DNA from: a virus
Length of the DNA: 50,391 nucleotides
Reading direction: 5' to 3' (one strand)
IMG/VR virus record: IMGVR_UViG_3300003155_000001
Span: 1-50,391 of that record
Position 1 is the first letter of the stretch. Each line of letters starts with the position of its first letter. A program made the position numbers and the translations under genes. Below, one piece after another: positions 16,045 to 23,193 of this stretch. The notes under the pieces were generated by a model. The model was not told the DNA's origin. It worked only from the letters and a program-made list of their open reading frames with translations, and made no database searches.

Positions 16045-16269
16045 ATGGCAAAAGTAACAAGGGAAACAGAAAAATATAAACACATAGTATTATATGAAAC
16101 AGACACAACTAGAATTAAGCTAGTAGAGGATAAGAAGGACAGAGCGTATGACAAAATCTGTTTTACAAAGTTCGGAAATGAATATTATGAACCAGAAAGT
16201 ATTTCAGTTTTTCGTTATGAGGATGAGCAGTTAATAGAGGATATGAAAGAGAGATATGGGGCTGAGTAA
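16045..16269 (+). CDS. Hypothetical protein (74 aa)
   Basis: RBS GGGGGTGGTGA lies 5 nt upstream of the ATG. Confidence 0.6.
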   Translation: MAKVTRETEKYKHIVLYETDTTRIKLVEDKKDRAYDKICFTKFGNEYYEPESISVFRYEDEQLIEDMKERYGAE

Positions 16270-16284
16270 TCAACCCCTTTTCTT
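16258..16284 (+). terminator. Rho-independent terminator (overlaps stop codon)
   Basis: GGGGCTGA-gtaa-TCAACCCC (one mismatch) followed by TTTTCTT. Confidence 0.6.
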
Positions 16285-16511
16285 ATGCCTTTATTTGCCC
16301 CTAGAATCAATTTTAATTTATTACCTTTATAAGTTATAGCCTATCCATATAAAGTGGCTTAAATCGCCAAATAGGCGTGTCAGAAGGGCATTTGTATATT
16401 TCCACCACCCTAGTTTGCTATCCAATGTCAGCTCCATTTATGTTTATACTTCATTACCAGTATTACTCTTTATTTTCTTTCTTTATATATTTCTTTCTTT
16501 TGTTTCTGTTC

Positions 16512-16540
16512 TTGCATTGTTAATACATAAGTGTTATAAT
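16512..16540 (+). promoter_or_regulatory. Sigma-A type promoter P5
   Basis: TTGCAT 16512-16517, 17 nt, TGtTATAAT ending at 16540. Preceded by a ~55-nt polypyrimidine tract. Confidence 0.6.
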
Positions 16541-16561
16541 ACACATAGGAGGTTATATGTT

Positions 16562-16618
16562 ATGTATGAAAGAAAATATATAACAGATAAACAAGCAAAA
16601 GAATTAAAAGAAATTTAA
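16562..16618 (+). CDS. Possible 18-aa micro-ORF (MYERKYITDKQAKELKEI)
   Basis: AGGAGG 16547-16552 lies 9 nt before ATG 16562, just downstream of P5. There is no other support. Confidence 0.3.
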   Translation: MYERKYITDKQAKELKEI

Positions 16619-16626
16619 AATAAATA

Positions 16627-16655
16627 TTGATAAACAAATTATGTTATGTTATTAT
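16627..16655 (+). promoter_or_regulatory. Sigma-A type promoter P6
   Basis: TTGATA 16627-16632, 17 nt, TGtTATTAT ending at 16655 (TATAAT also at 16653-16658). Confidence 0.6.
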
Positions 16656-16706
16656 AATACACGTAAATAGGAAAACAAATACAGAGTAAAAAAAGGAGGA
16701 ACAAAC

Positions 16707-17003
16707 ATGGGGAACTGGAAACAGAGGAATCACAAGATCGTAATTCCGCAACAGAACAAGTTAGATAAAATAAAATGTCTGGTTTGTGGAAATGAATTTA
16801 TCCCAACAAAAGAAGGACATTATGTTTGTCGGGATGATATCACACAGGGAGGAATAGGGAACGCAATGTCAGGAAATAAAGAACCTTCTCTGTGGGATTG
16901 TTGGGATTGTCCGGTATGTGGAACGCAGCTAAGAGGGAAACAGAGATTTAGAGAATATGACAGTAGAGTGGATGAAATCATGGATGTAAAAGCATGGGAT
17001 TAA
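16707..17003 (+). CDS. Double zinc-ribbon hypothetical protein
   Basis: RBS AAGGAGG. CLVCGNEF..C and CWDCPVCGTQL. Confidence 0.6.
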   Translation: MGNWKQRNHKIVIPQQNKLDKIKCLVCGNEFIPTKEGHYVCRDDITQGGIGNAMSGNKEPSLWDCWDCPVCGTQLRGKQRFREYDSRVDEIMDVKAWD

Positions 17004-17446
17004 CAAAGGAACAGGCAGTAGAAGAACACAGAAAGATGTGGAGATGGATCGCAAAGGAGCTAGAAACCCATTCAGTAGGAGAGCTTGCAGGAAAGTATTA
17101 TGGTCTACCAGAAATGAAAAAGGAATATATGAATAAATTCATAGAGGAACATAAGATAAACCATTTCGTATTAAAATGCTGTTTCTGTTGCGAATATGCC
17201 GCACAAGAAAATGGAGATATTCAAACAAGATGTATAGAATGTCCTGTGGTATGGCCTATAGAGGGAGAACATCTGTATCAATGTGATGTTAATGGTGGTA
17301 TATACGATTCTGCTTGTAAACATTATAGACAGATGATATACTGTTGCAATGACCTGTTTGGTGTGTGCCAGTATGAAGCGAAAAACGAGCACAAAGAGAT
17401 ATGTATGAATCTGTGTAAGCAGATTGCAGAGTTACCAGAGGCATAG
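16994..17446 (+). CDS. Cys-rich hypothetical phage protein
   Basis: EEHRKMWRWIAKE.. with many Cys residues (CCFCCEY, CIECP). Confidence 0.6.
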   Translation: MGLTKEQAVEEHRKMWRWIAKELETHSVGELAGKYYGLPEMKKEYMNKFIEEHKINHFVLKCCFCCEYAAQENGDIQTRCIECPVVWPIEGEHLYQCDVNGGIYDSACKHYRQMIYCCNDLFGVCQYEAKNEHKEICMNLCKQIAELPEA

Positions 17447-17449
17447 AAC

Positions 17450-17776
17450 ATGGACAATGTAATATATACATTCAACGTGTATTGGACAGACAAGATGAAA
17501 GCTGATTTTCTCCAGCGTGTGATATTGATACATAGTTATCTGTATTATGAGCTGGACAGTCAAAAGTGGACAGACAGTAAATTTGACAAGGTAAGCAAAC
17601 AGCTCGTAAACATACAGAGCCAATATGAGGAAATATGGATACGTGAACATACACAATATGGTTATGTGTTTTATGATTTCGATGGGACAACAGGGTTTGA
17701 TCTGTGGGACAGGCTGGAAGAACAAGACAAAATATTTATTATGAACATTGCGGTAAGGATGGTGCAAGGGATATGA
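17450..17776 (+). CDS. Hypothetical protein; N-terminus resembles NAD-ligase domain Ia
   Basis: ILIHSYLYYELDSQKWTDSKFDKVSKQLVNIQ is similar in pattern to LigA I..H...YY..D.P.ISD.EYD.L..EL. This rests on memory only. Confidence 0.5.
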   Translation: MDNVIYTFNVYWTDKMKADFLQRVILIHSYLYYELDSQKWTDSKFDKVSKQLVNIQSQYEEIWIREHTQYGYVFYDFDGTTGFDLWDRLEEQDKIFIMNIAVRMVQGI

Positions 17777-17955
17777 ATTATGAATATAATTGGTATTGCA
17801 AGGCAGTGTCGCAGGAAGAACAAATGTTCCGTGATCTGTTTGGTGAAGAAGAGCTGGAGCAAGCGAGAAGAAAGGGATATGCGCAGGTAAAGCCATATCT
17901 TGAATTCTTAAGAGAAGAAATGGAAAGAAAGTCGAGAGAACAAGATGGAGATTAG
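17773..17955 (+). CDS. Hypothetical protein (60 aa)
   Basis: ATGA overlap at 17773-17776. Confidence 0.5.
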   Translation: MNYEYNWYCKAVSQEEQMFRDLFGEEELEQARRKGYAQVKPYLEFLREEMERKSREQDGD

Positions 17956-18427
17956 AAAGCAATATGATATCAAGAACCTGATAAAATGTTTGCAGGACAT
18001 AATTAACAATACTGAATGTGCCTATCGTAAGGTAAGTGTTGATATAATCACGTTACAGCAGATCATGGACGTTTTGACGGAAGTAGAGAGGCATGAGGTT
18101 GTAGAGAACATATCGTCTAAAAACGTGGCAGAACGATGCGGATACAAGCCGCCTATTGGATATACCATACCATGTGCAAAAGTGGCAAAGGCAAACTGTG
18201 ACAATGAGTTTGATCCGTGTCCGGGAGAATTTGACAGCAATATGAAATGTTGTCTTGACGGGATCATGAATGATGAAAGCTGTAAGGACTGTTATAAAGC
18301 CCCGTATGAGGAAAAATCTGAATGTTTTTTGAAATATACGGAAGAAGAAGCCGAAGCAAGAAGGTGCAAAGAATGTTTTTATAAAGGCAGATGTAAGAGG
18401 GAGAGCAGAAAAGGATTAAGACAATGA
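17945..18427 (+). CDS. Cys-rich hypothetical protein
   Basis: ORF overlaps both neighbours. No motif recognised. Confidence 0.55.
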   Translation: MEIRKQYDIKNLIKCLQDIINNTECAYRKVSVDIITLQQIMDVLTEVERHEVVENISSKNVAERCGYKPPIGYTIPCAKVAKANCDNEFDPCPGEFDSNMKCCLDGIMNDESCKDCYKAPYEEKSECFLKYTEEEAEARRCKECFYKGRCKRESRKGLRQ

Positions 18428-18954
18428 ATAAGCGAAGTACAAGGTTTTACCGGAAGAACGAAGCAGAAGTCATGGAGCGTCTGGGGTTTTCTCCCACTGT
18501 TAATAGCGGAGCGGGGTGGATCCAGAAAGAAGATGGAGAGTCTGAAGATTTTGTATGCCAACTTAAAAGCACGGACAAGGAAAGCATAAGTGTGAAACAA
18601 AAAGATCTGTTAACGCTGGAAATACATGCCTCAGAGAGCCATAAACTGCCTGTATTTGCGTTCCAGTTTTTAAATAGGGATGAAGTGTGGGTAGCGGTGA
18701 GAGAATCGGATATCGAGGCAGTTAAGGCCGTCATAAAGGGAGAGAAAAAGAAAGAACAGGTTGACGAGCCTGAGGAAACAGAGTATAATTTTGATGCTGG
18801 CAATGAATATGCAAAAAGAAGTGTTGATTCACTGCTTGCAAGAAAGAAATACATGAGACAAAAGCAGAGAGAAGCAGAGCAGAGAAGAGCGGAGATGAAA
18901 GAGACAATTAAGGAGAACAGGAGGAAAAGAGCAGAACTGTGGAAAAGGAAATGA
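18424..18954 (+). CDS. Possible PD-(D/E)xK-type endonuclease with basic coiled-coil tail
   Basis: NSGAGWIQKEDGESEDFVCQLKST resembles the SG..KGD...E.K core of small phage resolvase-like nucleases, but with Q in place of E. Weak call. Confidence 0.4.
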   Translation: MNKRSTRFYRKNEAEVMERLGFSPTVNSGAGWIQKEDGESEDFVCQLKSTDKESISVKQKDLLTLEIHASESHKLPVFAFQFLNRDEVWVAVRESDIEAVKAVIKGEKKKEQVDEPEETEYNFDAGNEYAKRSVDSLLARKKYMRQKQREAEQRRAEMKETIKENRRKRAELWKRK

Positions 18955-19331
18955 AACAGAAAGGTATAGCGTATTTTGCAGGGCTTACAATCAGCCCGGT
19001 CGGGGCAGTTACTCTCAAATTTAAGCTCCGGTATGATGAGATTGTAACAAGCGTAAATTTGCTACAGGGTCTTAACAATGACATTACGATTATTGCGAAA
19101 TGTCCTGACAAAAAGCCAAAGAATCTTGGTTTGTTTACAATCGGGGGAATGAACATTGATAAGGACGGAAATGCAACTATTCCGTTCAAGTCGTTAACAG
19201 AGAATGTTAATCTGTCAGACATTTGCGACTTAGTGGATGAGAGTTATATACAGCTTATGTTCCGGGCAGTGATTGAACTGCCGGATTCAGAAGTACAGGA
19301 GAAAGAAGGTGATAGCGAATGGGAAGATTAA
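18939..19331 (+). CDS. Hypothetical protein ending in acidic-Trp tail (..GDSEWED)
   Basis: ORF in operon context. The start could be 18951. Confidence 0.55.
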   Translation: MEKEMKQKGIAYFAGLTISPVGAVTLKFKLRYDEIVTSVNLLQGLNNDITIIAKCPDKKPKNLGLFTIGGMNIDKDGNATIPFKSLTENVNLSDICDLVDESYIQLMFRAVIELPDSEVQEKEGDSEWED

Positions 19332-19615
19332 GGTTTGAGGAGCTTGGAAAGGCAAAGTACCGAGAAGGAAGGGCGCTCGTGATTTCCAGAGCATACAGCA
19401 ACAGAGACGGAGTGTTCGAAGGGTATGCAGTAACACAGCAGTTGATTGAGAACGAAGGGAAGGAAAACGAAACAAGGGTATTTCTGAAAAATGGAATCGG
19501 GGTTGTTTCGCCGGAATCTCTTGTTATGCTTGCGGATCTTATGGCCGAGATCTGCCATGATGAGGGGTTGTTGACAATCAGTGATGCATCCGATGATGAA
19601 GCAGAAGAAGTGTAA
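19319..19615 (+). CDS. Hypothetical protein (98 aa)
   Basis: Overlaps the upstream gene, with AAGGTGA upstream. Confidence 0.55.
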   Translation: MGRLRFEELGKAKYREGRALVISRAYSNRDGVFEGYAVTQQLIENEGKENETRVFLKNGIGVVSPESLVMLADLMAEICHDEGLLTISDASDDEAEEV

Positions 19616-19632
19616 AAATATAGCATATTATG

Positions 19633-19661
19633 TTGACATTGATAGCATAACATGTTATAAT
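19633..19661 (+). promoter_or_regulatory. Sigma-A type promoter P7 with perfect ATAACATGTTAT palindrome over the -10
   Basis: TTGACA 19633-19638, 17 nt, TGtTATAAT ending at 19661. The palindrome ATAACATGTTAT abuts and overlaps the -10. Confidence 0.75.
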
Positions 19662-19709
19662 AATAAATGTAAATAAAGAAAGACTCAGAGAAGAAAAGGA
19701 GAAAAAGAA

Positions 19710-20357
19710 ATGGCAAAAAACTGGAGCGCATACGAAGCGGCAAAAGAAATGTATGGGAACAATGTAGAGAATATTCAGGATATTGGTTCAAGATATCCAC
19801 TGTTCAGCAGAGCAGTAATGCAGATCAATTATGATGCACTTCTTGATATTCTTGCGGCTGTTCCGAAGATCACGGCGAGAGTGGTTGAGACTGGTTTAAA
19901 AGCTGTGTCCGAAGGAGATGTGCCGGAAGCAGAAGAGGAGAAGAAAGAGAATACCAAAAAAGAGAACACAAAAGAGGAAGCGGACGAGCCGGAGGAAGAG
20001 GAGTCTGAAGATTACGAGAGCATGACAGCACAGGCACTTTATAAACTGTGTTGTAAGAGGGGCCTCTCCGGGAAATGTAAACAGAGAAACAAGAAATTTC
20101 TGATCGGCGTACTTACTGAGGCAGACAAAGGCACGGCAGATGAGCCGGAGGAAGAGGATGACTGGGACGAGGAGGAGGATACTCCAAAAGACCCGTATGC
20201 AGGCAAAGGAGCAAAAGAGCTCTATGAGATGTGCAAGGATCGTGGAATCAAAACAAAGCCGAAAATGAAAGCGGCTGAGTATGTCAAACTGCTCAAAAAA
20301 GCAGACGAGACAGAGGCAGAAGAGCCAGAAGACGACGATGACGAATGGGATATTTAA
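19710..20357 (+). CDS. Highly acidic protein with two HeH/SAP-like motifs
   Basis: RBS AAAGGAG. YESMTAQALYKLCCKRGL..FLIGVLTEA and GAKELYEMCKDRGIK..YVKLLKKA separated by D/E runs. Ends ..EDDDDEWDI. Confidence 0.65.
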   Translation: MAKNWSAYEAAKEMYGNNVENIQDIGSRYPLFSRAVMQINYDALLDILAAVPKITARVVETGLKAVSEGDVPEAEEEKKENTKKENTKEEADEPEEEESEDYESMTAQALYKLCCKRGLSGKCKQRNKKFLIGVLTEADKGTADEPEEEDDWDEEEDTPKDPYAGKGAKELYEMCKDRGIKTKPKMKAAEYVKLLKKADETEAEEPEDDDDEWDI

Positions 20358-20372
20358 TAAATGAGCGCAGTG

Positions 20373-20400
20373 AGGGCGGCGATTGACCGCCCTACTGTTA
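20373..20400 (+). terminator. Possible terminator (weak T-tract)
   Basis: AGGGCGG-cgattga-CCGCCCT followed by ACTGTTATATT. Confidence 0.4.
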
Positions 20401-20421
20401 TATTAGAACAGGAGTAAAAGC

Positions 20422-20808
20422 ATGAAAACAGAAGACATTTTAAACATTGATTGCAGAGAGCAGGAAGGTAGAGACACATTAAACAGATTTCTTTGGAAGA
20501 TCAAACCGGTCACAAAACTCGGTGTCCCAAAAGGATGTATACTGAGCATTGAAGATCTGGAAAAAGTATTGCATGGAATAAGCATAAGATACGGGTATAC
20601 TATACAAGGGATACAGCCGTATTACGAGGACAATCAAAGATTCGTGTTCTTCTCCTGCGGTGTAATGAAGCTACAGGAAAATACAAAAAGAAGACTTGGA
20701 ACATGGATCGGTACAGTATATGGAATAACATTGTGGGAGACTATGGCAAAAATAATCGTAAAGATTTACGGAGATATTATGGAGAGGAGAAAAGATGGGA
20801 AAGCTTAG
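20422..20808 (+). CDS. Hypothetical protein (128 aa)
   Basis: RBS AGGAG 8 nt upstream. Confidence 0.6.
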   Translation: MKTEDILNIDCREQEGRDTLNRFLWKIKPVTKLGVPKGCILSIEDLEKVLHGISIRYGYTIQGIQPYYEDNQRFVFFSCGVMKLQENTKRRLGTWIGTVYGITLWETMAKIIVKIYGDIMERRKDGKA

Positions 20809-21265
20809 TGTAATATACTATACAGACGGAGCTTGTTCGGGAAATCCGGGCCCCGGAGGGTGGGCGGCTGTATGCTTAAAAGAATGTACTTGCGGGTACA
20901 AGACAGAGATTATAAGCGGAGGAAAGGAAAACACAACAAATAATGAAATGGAGCTAACAGCGGCTTATAAAGCGTTAGTAAAAGCCTATAAGAGCGGGAA
21001 AAAGCAGGTGACAATATACAGCGATAATGCATATGTTGTGAACGCTATAAAGAACAGATGGCTGTGTAATTGGTGTGAGAACGGATGGAAGACCCGGGAG
21101 GGGAAAGAAATCAAGAACAAATACATCTGGGAAAAGATGTACAAACTCGTGTACGAAAAGGGAATGTATGTCGAGATGAGGAAAGTAAAAGGACATTCCG
21201 GGGATCCTCTTAATGAGCTGGCAGACAGAGTAGCAGTCAGAATGCGTAACGAGTACAGCAACTGA
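20795..21265 (+). CDS. rnhA: Ribonuclease HI
   Basis: YTDGACSGNPGPGGWAAV, TNNEMEL, IYSDNAYV and VKGHSGDPLNELADRVA are the classic RNase H motifs. Confidence 0.9.
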   Translation: MGKLSVIYYTDGACSGNPGPGGWAAVCLKECTCGYKTEIISGGKENTTNNEMELTAAYKALVKAYKSGKKQVTIYSDNAYVVNAIKNRWLCNWCENGWKTREGKEIKNKYIWEKMYKLVYEKGMYVEMRKVKGHSGDPLNELADRVAVRMRNEYSN

Positions 21266-21279
21266 CGGAGGTAAAGCAT

Positions 21280-21648
21280 ATGATAGTAGGAGATAAGCTG
21301 TTCGAAAGAACATTTGAAGGTAGGACGCAGAAAGATGCATATCTTACTTGTTGTAAATGGGTAGCGTCAAACATAATTGCAATAAATAACTGTAGGCATG
21401 TTACATACAGCATTGAGAAAGCTGAGCAGAGATTTCCGGGCAAAGTAAAGCTGACTGTGTATGTTAGCGCAGATGAGGAGCAGATAAGGGATCATAATTG
21501 CGAGGTGTGCCAAGAGGTCGGCGGGATCTTGTACTCAACAGAAGCGAAATACAGATGCTACAGTTGTAAGTTAGAACCGTATCGCAGGAGAATGAAAGAG
21601 AGGTTAGAAATGTTAAAAGATGGAATGAAAGGCGGGATCTTAAAATGA
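21280..21648 (+). CDS. Hypothetical protein (122 aa, several Cys pairs)
   Basis: RBS GGAGG upstream. Confidence 0.6.
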   Translation: MIVGDKLFERTFEGRTQKDAYLTCCKWVASNIIAINNCRHVTYSIEKAEQRFPGKVKLTVYVSADEEQIRDHNCEVCQEVGGILYSTEAKYRCYSCKLEPYRRRMKERLEMLKDGMKGGILK

Positions 21649-22070
21649 TGGCATACAGAAAAAAGAACAAAGGGAATACAAGAAATTTCAAAAAGATTGT
21701 GACTGACACGCTGAGAGAGCTTATATGTGATGTATCAATCTGTATGTATGAGAATGGTAAAATTCTTATCTATATGCTACAGATATTTTTTTTCATTTTG
21801 TTTTGTGGATTGTCTTATTACGTTGATTTATCGGTGTGCGCGTTGTTATTCACGTCAAGTCTGTTTGTCACCGAATACCTCTTTCGTTTGCTTTCAAATG
21901 TGAAACATGTGTCTGAAGATGGGATGCCAATACCGCCAGAACGGTATACAAAGACTACAGAAGAGGGGTTCGTACAGGTGGAAAAGATCGAAGAGGCAGT
22001 TGTATACCTGTGCGACGTAGAAGATTATCTGAAAAGGAAGGGACTGTTAAAAGATGACCACACCATGTAA
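21645..22070 (+). CDS. Membrane protein (two predicted TM segments)
   Basis: ATGA overlap. Hydrophobic stretch ILIYMLQIFFFILFCGLSYYVDLSVCALLFTSSLFV. Confidence 0.6.
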   Translation: MMAYRKKNKGNTRNFKKIVTDTLRELICDVSICMYENGKILIYMLQIFFFILFCGLSYYVDLSVCALLFTSSLFVTEYLFRLLSNVKHVSEDGMPIPPERYTKTTEEGFVQVEKIEEAVVYLCDVEDYLKRKGLLKDDHTM

Positions 22071-22251
22071 GGGCTGTAATGTGAGATATGTTGGGTGCCA
22101 TGCATTATGTAAGAGCTATAAAGAGTGGCGAGCAAAGATGCCAAAGCCGGACTATAAAGAAAGAGAATACAGAATGTATGTCAGAGATGCTGTAAACAAC
22201 ATGAGGAGGGGAGTTTCACATAACCCCTGCTGTAAAATGACAAAAAGATAA
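22054..22251 (+). CDS. Small Cys-rich (zinc-binding-like) protein directly upstream of the late promoter
   Basis: CKGCNVRYVGCHALCKSYKEW.. plus a C-terminal CC. It is the last gene before P8. Confidence 0.6.
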   Translation: MTTPCKGCNVRYVGCHALCKSYKEWRAKMPKPDYKEREYRMYVRDAVNNMRRGVSHNPCCKMTKR

Positions 22252-22260
22252 ATATTTTTC

Positions 22261-22289
22261 TTGACATATTATAGATAACATGATATAAT
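22261..22289 (+). promoter_or_regulatory. Strong sigma-A type promoter P8 (late/packaging operon)
   Basis: TTGACA 22261-22266, 17 nt, TGaTATAAT 22281-22289. Confidence 0.8.
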
Positions 22290-22363
22290 ATATAGCGTAA
22301 AGGAGGTATCTGTGGATAGAGATACATAGTGACAGCCTGAAATGTCTGCCGGAATGTGAAATG

Positions 22364-22444
22364 AAGTGTCGCATCGACAAAGGCGCATATATACCACCTT
22401 TTAATGAGCCATGTTCCAATTCCCGAGATTTTGATGCGACACTT
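22364..22444. repeat. Inverted repeat IR1 (10 nt perfect, ~14 bp extended)
   Basis: GTGTCGCATC 22366-22375 pairs with GATGCGACAC 22433-22442. The flanking AA/TT pairs extend it. Confidence 0.85.
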
Positions 22445-22456
22445 TATATAAATGAA

Positions 22457-22556
22457 AATAACGCTTGTGGCGGTTGATATATGCTGAGCGCCGATGACAT
22501 TTTGTTGAAATTCCTCTCTTATAGTTTTAAGTGTGATTTTCGCCACAAGCGTTATT
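22457..22556. repeat. Inverted repeat IR2 (15 nt perfect, 16-17 bp extended)
   Basis: ATAACGCTTGTGGCG 22458-22472 pairs with CGCCACAAGCGTTAT 22541-22555. Confidence 0.85.
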
Positions 22557-22571
22557 ATATAGAATCTATGT

Positions 22572-22600
22572 GACAAGGGATTTTCTCTTGTCGTATTTTT
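22572..22600 (+). terminator. Intrinsic terminator-like hairpin in the late leader
   Basis: GACAAGGG-atttt-CTCTTGTC (one G.U pair) followed by GTATTTTTAT, about 30 nt before the terS start. Confidence 0.6.
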
Positions 22601-22632
22601 ATATATAAGGCAAAGAATAGGAGGGAAGAAGA

Positions 22633-23193
22633 GTGCCACGAGTGAAAGCAGACAGAAGCAGGCCAGACCCGAGAACAGACTTCTCCGTGCAGAAGAAGAA
22701 CCTTGTAAACCTTGCGGATAGGCCGCCTGAAGAACGTAGGAGGATCGCGAAGCTGGGTGCGCAGGCAAGGATCCGGAAGAAAGAAGAAAAGATGCAACTA
22801 CAGAAGTGTATGCGGGAATTGCTAGACATGCCAACAAATAAGCCAAAGCAGAAACAGCTTTTAAAAAGCTTTGGGTTTAACGATGAGCAGTTAACAAACA
22901 AGACGCTGTTAATGGTTGCCTTGTTTCAGAAGGGATTAACAGGAGATGTATCTGCAATTCGTGAGACAATCGGAATGATGGACAAGCTTGACATGTTTGA
23001 GCAGTCTGGTGAGTTAACGAACAATGTTGTGATTAATCTTGTTCCTGTGGGATCCAGCTATGTTCCGGGTGAACGGGAGGCAGAAGAAATAAAAGAAGTA
23101 GAGAATTATGATCCATTGTCAGACGAGCCTGAGATACCGGGCGGCCTTGACGAGTGGGATGACTGGGAGGAGGATACATATGATCCAGAGTAA
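22633..23193 (+). CDS. Terminase small subunit-like protein
   Basis: GTG start 7 nt after GGAGGG. Basic N-terminus (..ERRRIAKLGAQARIRKKEEK) followed by ..ALFQKGLTGDVSAIRETIG resembles a Gram-positive phage TerS family from memory. First gene of the late operon. Acidic-Trp tail. Confidence 0.55.
   Translation: MPRVKADRSRPDPRTDFSVQKKNLVNLADRPPEERRRIAKLGAQARIRKKEEKMQLQKCMRELLDMPTNKPKQKQLLKSFGFNDEQLTNKTLLMVALFQKGLTGDVSAIRETIGMMDKLDMFEQSGELTNNVVINLVPVGSSYVPGEREAEEIKEVENYDPLSDEPEIPGGLDEWDDWEEDTYDPE

Larger units (their letters stand above)
22296..22600 (+). ncRNA. Putative structured, non-coding leader RNA ending at an intrinsic terminator
   Basis: No ORF longer than 5 codons after the RBS-like AGGAGG. 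Three hairpins plus a terminator lie between P8 and terS (see findings). Confidence 0.4.

Noticed and set aside
16327-16437. 36-codon minus-strand ORF in the non-coding island
   Set aside because: It has no SD or promoter. It would be the only minus-strand gene, and it is short enough to be chance.
16415-16618. 67-aa + strand hydrophobic ORF (TTG start) from the ORF track
   Set aside because: It has no RBS. Its hydrophobicity comes from translating the polypyrimidine tract, and it runs through promoter P5. Only its last 18 codons, which have their own AGGAGG, are kept as a low-confidence micro-ORF.
22181-22846. 221-aa minus-strand ORF spanning the late leader and the terS start
   Set aside because: It would run antisense through a consensus + strand promoter, both long inverted repeats and the TerS-like gene. 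It has no RBS and a Ser/Leu/Ala-rich composition typical of spurious frames. I still flag the region itself as a finding.
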